A stretch of 64,000 nucleotides of DNA from Eledone cirrhosa. Taxonomy: Eukaryota. Numbering within the stretch: position 1 is the stretch's first letter; each line of letters starts with the position of its first letter. Location of the stretch: positions 351,602,001 to 351,666,000 of the forward strand of contig OZ024740.1 in NCBI GenBank assembly GCA_964016885.1, given 5' to 3'. Shown one piece after another: positions 41,601 through 53,417 of the stretch. Position numbers and translations under genes: made by a program. Below the pieces are notes generated by a model. The model was not told the DNA's origin, did no database searches, and saw only the letters and a program-made list of their open reading frames with translations.

Positions 41601-43910
41601 TGGCCACATTACAGCGTGGACTGTGTGTTTTTTTGTCGTGACACCTACACGACCTCATTTGTTTGGATGTTGTGGTACCAACATAACTTCATTTAAGGGG
41701 GTGGTGTGGATGGGGTGGGGGTAGTGGGACGGGGGTGTATTTTTGTTAGAGGTGCCTACTGACTGTGGGTTTTGCTTTGTACTTAGGCAAGGCGGGTCTT
41801 CTGTATAACTGTGTAGCGCCAAAGATCTCGGTCCAGTGACATTGTCTTGGAGAGGTGTAAGTGTGTGAGGTCGGAATTTATCAAGTCGTCCCAGGTTTTT
41901 CTGGGTCTGCCTACTCCGTGGCTACCGTCTATTTTTATCGCCCTGCACTTTTTTATACAGCTGTCGTCTTTCATGCTAATCACGTGACCGTACCAACGTA
42001 GTCTTCTCTCGAGTAAACATCTGATCCCTCTTATTCCTAATTTCTCCCTTAGTTCGTTTATGCTTTGCCGTTCACGTATATTACTATTACACATCCAGCG
42101 GAGCATGCAAGCTTCGTTTCTCTTGAGTCTGCGTATATCCTCTGCACACAATGCCCAGGTCTCACTGCCATGTAACATTGCTGTTCGTATGCAGGCATCA
42201 TACAGCCTGCCTTTCATTTTTAGGGAGAACCCTTTAGCGGCCAATAGTGGTATAAGCTCTCTAAACTTTTTCCATCCCGTTCTGACTCTAGCTACTGTAC
42301 TTTCAGAGCACCCTCCTCCACTGCTGATTTTGTCACCCAGGTAACGGAAGGTGTCCACTATTTCTATAGAACCATGTGTGCAATGGAATGAGCTAGTATT
42401 CTGTGGACACTTGCTGCTACTTATTGCACCAGAGCACCGACCACATGTAAAATCTATATTCTTAGTTAGCTTACCTGTGATCCCACTACATCTTTTATGC
42501 ACCCATACTTTGCATTTGGGACCTAAAATGGAGTTTCTGCCTACTCCTTTCCTACACACTGAGCATGGCCTTTCCCAGATGGGACTGGTGCCCTATTTTC
42601 CTTCCTACAAACTAGAACTTTAGTCTTAGACAAGTTAACTTTAAGGCCTTTTGATTCTAGGCCATGCTTCCATGTTTGGAATTTCTTCTCTAGTTCAGCC
42701 ATTGATTCAGCTATGAGCGTTAGATCATCTGCATATAGGAGTTCCCATGGGCAGCCGGTCTTGAACTCCTCTGTTATAGCCTGAAGGGCAATAATAAATA
42801 GTAGGGGGCTAAGGATGGAGCCCTGATGAGCACCAACTTTTACGCTAAACTCTTCACTATATTCGTTGTTAATTCTAACCTTGCTGACTGTTTCTTTATA
42901 CATGGCTTGTATAGCTCTCACAAGCCATTCATCAACACCTAGTTTTCTAAGAGCCCACCAGATAATGGAGCAGGGGACTCTGTCAAAGGCTTTCTCCAAG
43001 TCAACAAAAGCTAAGTATAGGGGTTTACTTTTAGCTAGGTACTTCTCCTGTAGTTGTCGTATAATGAAAAGAGCGTCTGTGGTACTTTTACCTGACACAA
43101 ACCCGAACTGCATTCCATCTAGATCAATTTGTTCTCTGATTAGTTGCGCTATTACTTTTTCTGTGACCTTCATGACCTGGTCGATTAATTTAATGCCTCT
43201 ATAGTTACCCCTATCTAGGGCATCTCCGATACCCTTGTAGCAGTTAATGATGATGCTGCTACGCCAGTCCTTCAGAACAGCCCCATTCTGTATGACTTGG
43301 TTTACTATCCGGGTGACCATAGTGTGTCCCACCGTTCCAGATGCCTTCAGCATTTCAGCAACTATTTACCCGTCTTCATATCTTTGATTGCCTTACTTAT
43401 TATACTACCTTCAACTAGCACTGCTGGTCCCTCTATTAGATCGATGTGGGGGAGACTGTCTTTCTCCCATTTTTCTCCTCATTTAGTAGCCTTTCGTAGT
43501 GACACTTCCAAGCTACCTTCTTATCAGCGTCAGTGATGGCAAGTACACCATCATCATTAAGGACACACTTCTCCCTGACAATATCACGGTTTTCCTTGAC
43601 ATATATACATATATAAAGAGAGAGAGAGAGAGAGAGATGCTTTGTAGGGCTTTTGGAGGAAGGAGTGACCAGCAGTACGTTGTTCGGTATTATTACGAAA
43701 TGGTGTAGCAGAGAATCCCGCGTGAACTAACAGCTCGAGAGGAAACTGCTTACCTCGAAGATTCATTTGCCATCGTTCTTGTCAACGCTCCATTTACTTG
43801 GTATTTGTTGGTCTATAGTTAGATGAATGGCGCACAAAGGGTTAATGTTTATTGGCAAGAAGTTTTTTGAATAATAAAAGACGAGTTAAAGCGACCTACA
43901 ATATATTTGA

Positions 43911-43957
<47 letters not shown>

Positions 43958-43971
43958 CACAGATACATAAG

Positions 43972-44003
<32 letters not shown>

Positions 44004-44315
44004 CATGTATATATATGTGTGTGTGTATGTATGCATATATATGTGTGTGTGTATGTATGCATATATATGTGTGTGTGTGTATGTATGCATATATATATGT
44101 GTGTGTGTGTATGTATGCATATATATATATATGTGTGTGTGTATGTATGTATCTATATATATATATATAAATATGTGTGTATATATACATATATTTTTAT
44201 GTGTATATTTATGTGTTTGTATATATATGCAAGCGTGGAAGATGGACGTTAAACGATGATGATGATGATGATGATGATATATGTATATATGTGTGTGTGT
44301 ATATGTATATATGTG

Positions 44316-44348
<33 letters not shown>

Positions 44349-44782
44349 GTCTGTGTGTGTGAATGTAGCGAAGATAATACGTCAGCAATGACGTTATGCA
44401 GACAGCCAGATATTATAAGAGCGCGACGGAGATGGATAACCGGCGCCTAACACCCTTTAACAACAGAAAATTGAAGTCAATCGGAGTAGAAACGTGGATT
44501 TGTATAGATTTTGCAAAAATGAGGACACACAGACATCAGTTTTATATATATAGACTAGCAGAAAACCACCCGGTGGGTGGTTTTCTGCTAGTCGATATAT
44601 ATTTAACACACACACAAACACAAACACAGACACACACATACATATATATATATACACCCATGTTCATATTTTTAGATGCTTTATTCTCAAATCAGATTAT
44701 TATCTCTGACAGGAAGAACCAGTTGATAATTTTTAAGAAAAATTAAGCATACAGACATATTTTAGGAAACTTATGAATTCCT

Positions 44783-44819
<37 letters not shown>

Positions 44820-46423
44820 CTTACACAGATACACACAGACACATGCGCTAACACACACATACCATACACACACTCATACATATGCACATATGCACACATT
44901 CTAACACACACATACACACGCACATACACACTTAAACCTATATATATGTATATATGGAGGCACATGGCTTAGTGGTTAGAGCATTGGCCTTGCAATCGAA
45001 AGGTTGTGAGTTCAATTCTCAGACCGGGTGATGTGTTGTTTCCTTGAGCAAGACACTTTATTTCACATTGCTCCAGTTTACTCAGCTGTAGAAATGAGAT
45101 GATAGGGACTGAGGCCCCTATCATTCCACTGAAAAGTGGTCGTGGAGGTGCCACGGCAAAAAAGCACCCAGCACTCACTGTAAATGAGGTTGGTGTTAGG
45201 AAGGGCATCCAGCTGTAGAAATCAAGCCAGAATCGGTTCCCGTCCCACCCTTGCAAGCAGGGAAAAGCGGACGCAAAATGATGATGATGATGATATATAG
45301 AGAGACACACATAATATACATATATAATATATATATATTATATATATATATATATATATTATATATACACACACACACCCATATATAAAACACACACACA
45401 CGCACACGCATACACACACATAACACACACAGACACACACACGCATACACACACATATAACACACACACACATATATATATATATATTATATGCTCAGCC
45501 CCAGTGAGTTGGTTAAAACACCAAAAGCCAGTCTTAAAGTTGTCGTCTGTAAATTCAAAGAACTCGGCTGTGCCTGGTTAGATCTCCATGGTAACTACTC
45601 CAAGGTAGCGCGTGCCATGGCTGGGAACGCAGGTGTCACGTGCTGGCCTAGAACGCTGGTTGTTGGAATCAGTGGTCGATGACATAACATATATATTATA
45701 TGTGTGTGGAATAGTATAAATATTTCTTCGTATTTATTAACATATATATTATATATTATATATAGATACATTATATATATATTATTAATATATTACATAC
45801 GTACATTTATTTATATATATATATATATATTTATTAAAATAAAAGATTAAAGTTTAAGCAAAGAATCGCTGCTTTCACCCTTAACGGGATCTTCTGAAAC
45901 TAACCAATATATATATATATATATATATAATGTATAAAAATCAATACAATATAATTACCGCAATATATTGCCTCGTCTGACGAACGAATGAAGACGTTTC
46001 TTTCGTATTCGCCTCATTCGGGAAACCTCTGGTAATGAGGTAATTATATTGTATTGATTTTTATACATTAAATTTTGCTCTGATACTTACATAGAGCACT
46101 CTTCACTTCTATGACCTTTTCTGTTTTCAATGGAAATTTCAATACTTATATATATATATATATATATATATTCCTGGTGATATCTCAAGAATGAAAAAGT
46201 TCTAGTCTATATATATATTACACACACAGAAATGTATATATATTTCTGTGTGTATATATATATATATATTACACACAGAAATGAATATATATTTCTGTGT
46301 GTATATATATATATATATTTCTGTGTGTGTATATATATATATATATTACACACACAGAAATGTATATATATTTCTGTGTGTATATATATATATATATTAC
46401 ACACAGAAATGAATATATATTTC

Positions 46424-46454
<31 letters not shown>

Positions 46455-47753
46455 TTCTGTGTGTGTATATATATATATATATTACACACACAGAAATGTA
46501 TATATATTTCTTAGAACAAAATTATTATTAATGTTTTGCTGTTCATAACAATTGGAATTGAAAAATTACTTTTGAAATTATTAGTTATTTTACTAATGCT
46601 TAGATATGTAAAAATGAAGCAATGTTTCTAATAATTGTTTCTACTTTTGGCACAAGGCCAGCAATTAACCAGTACATTACTGGTACTTTATTTTATCGAC
46701 CCCGTGAGGATGAAAGGCAAAGTTAACCTCGGCGGTATTTGAACTCAGACCGTAAAGGGACGTAACTCCATGCTATGAAGCATGGTGTCCGACTCTCTAC
46801 AGATTCTGCCAATCCACCGCCCTAATGTCTGTACGTAATGAGGGAGTGAGAGGGGAGAGAAAGAAAGGCAGAGGTGAAGTGACGAAGTGACTCTCTCCTC
46901 CTCCACCTCCTCCATCTCCCCATTCGTCACAGCGATAGAGGGGAGGAACGTTAGTGTGTTACAAAGAGAAAGAGTGAGAGTGAGAGAAACAGACAGACTA
47001 AAAGAGAGGGATAAGCTGGAGAGAGAGAGAGATAGCAACCACGCGCGCACGTGTTTCCACTGTCGGACAGACAGACAGAGAAATTGCTGGTTATATATTA
47101 TAAGGAGATATGGCAGCAATTAGTGATGGTGCCACAATAAAATGCACCCAGTACACTCTGTAGTGGTTGACAATCAAATGTAGTTAGGACCCTTTATTTA
47201 CTCTTGGTGAGGACATGACAACCTCTTGAGTGTTGGTGTCATGATAAAATACACCCAGTGCACTCTGTAAAGTGGTGTGGTTGGTGTTGGGCAAGGCATC
47301 CAGTCATAGAAACCATGCCAAAAATTAGAACGTTCAACATTAAAGACAAGAGCAACTTACATCTGTATCAAAAATATCAATTAGCAGATTTCATTGGTTA
47401 TTTCCCTTGCTTTTTAAACCATTACTATTGACTACTATTAGTGTGAATAATCTCACTCAAGTGACGTTTTTCAACTCACTATATTACATGTGAAATTGTA
47501 CTTTATGCTGAAATAATATAACTTACTAGCAGATGAGCTAGCATGGAAATCTCAACATGGTCACTTGACTTGCTAGATATAACAGCCAAATCTCCCACAA
47601 ATCACACCGTACTGTCTTAAACATGGAGTAATGTAGTCATAGACACTCCTGAAAAGACGATTTGGAATGTCTTTGACCTTGGGATTGTTTAATGAAGCCT
47701 GTCTTGGGGCTAAACAACAACCTCAACTAACAGAAATAATCGACATTGCCCTG

Positions 47754-47791
<38 letters not shown>

Positions 47792-50700
47792 CCGTTTTAC
47801 GTCCGTTCTTCCATGCTAACATGGGTTAGACGGGTTGTCCTGTTGTAGGCAGTGTCTGGTCGGCTGACCATGCTCATACAGGAACTGATTTGGCTTGATT
47901 TCTACAGCTGGATGCCCTTCCTAACACCAACCTCATTTACAGTGAGTGCTGGGTGCTTTTTCGTGGCGCCTACACGTCCACTTTACAGTGTGGGCTGGGT
48001 GCTTTTTTGCCGTGGCACCTCCATGACCACCTTGCGGTGGGGGCATATTGTCTATATGCTTCAGCTTGTACCCATGGGAGGTCGGGTACTCTGTATTACT
48101 GCGTGACGCCAGAGGTCACGGTCGTGTGTCATTGCCTTTGAGAGGTGTAATTGGGTAAGGTCGGCTTTTATCACCTCATCCCAGGTCATCTTGGGTCTCC
48201 CCACTCCGCGGTTTCCATCGACTTCTAGTGCTCTGCACCTTTTTATGCAGCTGTCAGCCTTCATACGCATAACATGTCCATACCAGCGCAACCGCCTCTC
48301 CTGCACACAGCATTTGATTCCTCTTATGCTCAGTTTCTCTCTCAATTCATTTATGCTTTGTCGTTCACGTATATTACTGTTACACATCCATCGGAGCATG
48401 CAGGCTTCGTTTCTCTCTAATCTACATAAGTCTTCCACCTTCAGCGCCCAGGTCTCACTACCATGCAACATCGCTGTTCGGATACACGCATAATACAGTC
48501 TGCCTTTCATTCTGAGGGAGAAGCCTTTTGCAGCTAGCAGTGGTAGTAGTTCCCTAAACTTCTTCCATCCCGTTCTTACCCTAGTTATTGTACTTTCTGA
48601 ACACCTACCTCCGCTGCTAATTCGGTCACCTAGGTAGCAGAAGTTGTCTACTGTTTCTACAGAGCCCTCCCAGAGATTGGTTGTACTTGTTTCCTGTGGC
48701 TGTTTGCTGCTTGCTGTCCCAGCACAGCTGCTGCATGTGAAGCCTGCATTCTTAATTAAGCTTCCTGAGATCCTGCTACATCTCTTGTGTACCCATTGTT
48801 TGCATTTGGGGCAGAGAATGGAGTTCCTACCTACACCTTTCCTACATACTGAGCAAGGCCATTTCCCTGAGGGGATCTGGGTTCTGTTTTCTCGTCTACT
48901 TACAAGGACCTTAGTATTTGTCATGTTGACTTTGAGACCCTTTCTTTCTAGTCCCTGCTTCCAAGTTTGGAATTTCTTCTCTAGTTCTACCATAGATTCA
49001 GCTATAAGTGCGAGGTCATCAGCATACAGGAGTTCCCATGGGCATCCGGTCTTAAACTCCTCCGTTATTGCCTGCAGGACTATGATGAACAGGAGGGGGC
49101 TAAGAACAGAGCCTTGGTGGACCCAACCTGTACGCTAAATTCCTTGCTATACTCATTGCTAATCCTAACTTTGCTGACTGCTCCCCTATACATGGCTTGT
49201 ACCACTTTCACAAGCCATTCATCTACTCCTAGTTTTCTAAGAGCCCACCAGATTACAGCACGTGGAACTCTGTCAAAGGCTTTCTCAAGGTCGACAAATG
49301 CCAAGTAGAGTGGCTTACTTTTAGCTAGGTACTTTTCCTGTAACTGCCTCACAAGGAAGAGGGCATCAGTGGTGCCTCTTCCTGGTACAAACCCAAATTG
49401 CATCTCATCTAGTTTCACCCGGTCTCTAATCAACTGTGCTATAACTCTTTCTGTTACTTTCATGACCTGGTCCATCAGCTTTATACCTCTATAGTTTCCT
49501 CTATCTAGTGCATCACCTTTACCTTTGTAGCAGTTGACAATGATGCTACTGCACCAATCTTTTGGTATGACACCTTCTAGTATTACCTGGTTAACAATAC
49601 GTGTGGTTATAGTGTGACCTACAGACCCAGATGCCTTCAGCATCTCGGCAGCTATACCCGATAGACCAGTTGCGTTCCCCATCTTCATATCTTTGATTGC
49701 CTTACTTACTACGTTGCTGCTGACTTGTACTGCTGGCTCCTCTATAGAGTCTACTTGGGGTAGGGTCTCTTCTTCCCATGCATTCTCCTCATTTAGTAAT
49801 CTATCATAATGACTCTTCCATGCATCTTTCTTCTCAGCACTTGTGAGGGCAAGCTCACCTTTATCATTCCGGATACACTTCTCTCCAATGACATCACAAC
49901 TCTCTCTGACATAAATAGCTTAAATAAATTACTCTATTGTTGAAAAAATATTTTGTTCTTCCACATTAGAAATCAGTCCTTTCTTGAACCCCGAGTTTCA
50001 TAAGAATTACAGGCTGTGAATTCACAGAATCACTAGAGCTTAGACTATAATGCCTTGCAGTATTTGTTTTAGTTCTCTTCAAATCTCACCAATGTGAACT
50101 TAATTAGGTACACAATGCTGATATTTCAGTAAAAAGTAGAACATTCAGTAATTTTTCATGAAGTCTTGTTAGATGTATAGAATTTATGATTATTTCATCA
50201 TCATCATCATCATTTTATGTCCGCTTTTCCCTGCTTGCAAGGTCCTATTCAGCACAGCTTCTCTTCAAATAAAAAAAAAAACAGCTTCAAATTAATTTGG
50301 GTCTATGCAAATAAGGCCTACTCTAGACAAAATTCACTTCCCTCATAACACACAAACATATCTCAATTTATGAATTTTATTACTGTTTTTGCTAACACAT
50401 TCCATCATTAGTTTCCACAGATTCCAGTTTTTCTATTTTTTTTTAATGTATATTTTTATTTACTGAAATTTAAACTGAGTTCCTGTTTCATTTGTTTTCT
50501 AGTTGCCAAGTGTGTGCTGCAGCTCTTGAAAGGCTTGGTCAGTATCCTTCAGAAACTTCTTCTCTTGGTATGTTGGCAACAGAATCATTAACCCTTTCAT
50601 TACCATATTTCTAAAAACACAGCCAATGATTTTCAATTAATTGTTAAAATAGAACGTAGATTTTATATGTGGCTGGTGCTCAGGTGCAATAAATAGTAAG

Positions 50701-53375
50701 TGCCCACAGGATACTAGCTCCTTCTGTTGCCCAGATGGCTCTATAGAAATAGTGGACACCTTTCGTTACCTGGGTGACAAAATCAATTATGGTGGAGGGT
50801 GCTCTGAAAGTATAGTAGCCAGAGTCAGAACGGGATGGAAAAAGTTCAGAGAGCTTATACCACTATTGGCCACTAAAGGTTTCTCTTATAAATGAAAAGC
50901 AGACTGTTTGATGCCTGCATACGAACAGCTATGTTACATGGCAGTGAGACATGATCATTGTGTGCAGAGGATCTGCACAGACTGGAGAGGATCAAAGCAT
51001 GCATGCTCTGTTGGATGTGTAATAGTAATATATGTGAACAGCAAAGCATAAATGAACTAAGTGAGAAATTAGGTATAAGAGGGATCAGATGCTGAAAGAC
51101 AGATCATGAAAGACGACAGCTGTATAAAAAAATGCAGGGTGATCAAAATTGATGGTAGTTACGGAGCAGGCAGACCCAGAAAAACCTGGGACGATTTGAT
51201 AAATTCCGACCTTACACAATTACACCTCTCTAAGACAATGTCACTGGACTGAGATCTTTGGCGTTACACAGTAATACAGAAGACCCACCTTGCCTAAGTA
51301 CAAAGCGAAACCTACAGTCAGTAGGCTCCTCTTAATCAAATATACACCCCCATCCCACTACTCCAACTCCCTCCCATCTCCACCCCTATCAACACCACCA
51401 CTTTCTCTGTAAAGTTATGTTGGTACCATAATATCCAGCCCTAAATAAATGAGGTCGTGTAGGTGTCACGACAAAAAAACACACAGTCCACGCTGTAATG
51501 TGGCCGTGTAGGTAACACGGTAAAAACCTCCCAGTCCACACTGTAAACGTGGTTGGTGTTAGGAAGGGCATTCAGCCATGGAAAACCTGCCAAACGGTCC
51601 TATACGAGCGAGATGACCAATCTTGCCTCAAGTGGGACAATTCCTGTCTAAATCCATGCTAGCGTGAAAGATAGACGTTAAACGATGATGATGATGAATA
51701 AAAAAATTGGGAGGAATTTAGTAATATAACTAATTTTGTTAAGTTTGAGTTAGAAACATTACTTGAAAAGGTTCTTACATAAAGATATAATGGAAGTTTT
51801 AGATTTAAATTGAATACTTTAAAACAAACACTTTCTTTCCATCCAAGTATTCCTCTACTGTGGCTTCTTGCAATATCTTCAGAAAGTTCCTTTACTATAG
51901 GCTTGGGTGTAGCTCAAGCCTTGTGTGGAAATTGCTTGGAAGCCCTGTTAGATGGACCGTAACTCTAATTCAAAGGTCCAGCCATGACACATTGTGTCAC
52001 ACTGATTTGGCCTCAGAATTATGTTATGGATGCACATGTATGTGGAATACTCAACCACTTACATGTTAATTCATAAATTGAATGGTCTGTTGATTAAAAA
52101 ACTGAATGCTCATTGTTGAAACCAACATTTGTAGCATCAAAATATGAAGTCTGGAAAAACGTTTGGAAATTTCCTTGCTAGAAAAACAAAATCAAAGCTA
52201 TATAAATTGATTTCATTTATTTACAGTAGCATATGGTTTGAGATTTATAGGAGGGAAAATGAGATTCTTTAATGTGCATCTATTTCTGGAGTGTATTAGA
52301 AACATTGTGACGTGCCCAGTTCAATGTAATATGTCATTTGTTGTGTTTGTAATGTGTTGTCATTTGGAGAAGTCAAACTGGCAGAGCACATCCTGTTACA
52401 TACTGAAGGTGTCATACACAACAGTTCAATATATTTGATTAGATTTAGGTGCAGGCATTGCTGCGTGGTTTAGCAGTTCATCCCAGAATCATGTGGTTTT
52501 GGAATAGATCCCATAGCATGGTACCTTGGGAAAGTTTCTTCTGTATAGCCTTGGACTGACCAGTATCTTGTGAGTGAATCTGGTAGACAGAAACTGTAAG
52601 GAAGTCTATTGTATATGAGTATGTGTGCACACAAATGACAATTGCTACGAATATCTTCATATTGACACCATTTAAAAAGCAAGTGGTGACATTTATGTCT
52701 CACATAGATAATAGATTCCGCTCCTTAGTAGTTCAATAAACATCAGCAGTATTTACTATGCTTACAATAAGATATAGGTTAGTGTTAGAAAGGGTGTCTG
52801 GCTGTAAAAAATTTGCCTTAAAAAATCTTGTCCAACTCTTGCCAGCGTGAAAAAGTGGACATAAAAATGATGATAATGTAGGAAAATACACTAAAAGCGC
52901 TTGTCTGTTTAACAAACAGGAATTGAACTCAGCACTGGAAGCTAACTAGGTACTTGCCTAAATTTACAGTGCTACAACTACAGGCAGCTCTCTTATGTCT
53001 ACATACAGCTAGTTTGTGTGTATGTATGTGATGTGCTTGCAAAATGAGTTTACAATCTTGGTTTAACATTCCCTTTACAATTGATATGATATTTGAATAC
53101 TGGTTAAGATAAATTTGTGTATTTTAACTTAGAGAATTAATGTTCTAAATTATGATTTTGTTTAAGGTAAAGAAAAGTGGCAGTCAATCCGTGGTGATTT
53201 TATTGGTGTTAATGCAGTTACAATGAGTTGCCGGTGTGCCATGAGCCCAGAAGGTGTGTCTCCTGCTTGTCATTTGGGAGATGGATGTACCGACTTAATC
53301 CTAGTGAAACGTTGTTCTCGGATAAATTACTTGCATCATTTATACCGATGCAGAGACAGACAATCAGACCAGGTT

Positions 53376-53417
<42 letters not shown>

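Larger units (their letters stand above)
40461..47108 (-). mobile_element. Probable non-autonomous Helitron with nested cargo
   Basis: - strand 5' end A|TCTCCTTATAATATATAACC..CTGTCTGTCTGTCC at 47108; 3' end CCCGAGCAACGCCAGGTACCTCTGCTAG|T at 40461 (imperfect hairpin, CTAG, AT target). That both ends belong to one element is inferred. Confidence 0.6.

Noticed and set aside
46207-46509. CRISPR-like repeat-spacer appearance (also 34010-34520)
   Set aside because: Eukaryotic context, no unique spacers and no cas genes.
43849-46548. Many 60-135 aa ORFs rich in Y/I/C/V/H/T
   Set aside because: Translations of TA/TG/CA microsatellites, not genes; the same applies to 9600-9822.
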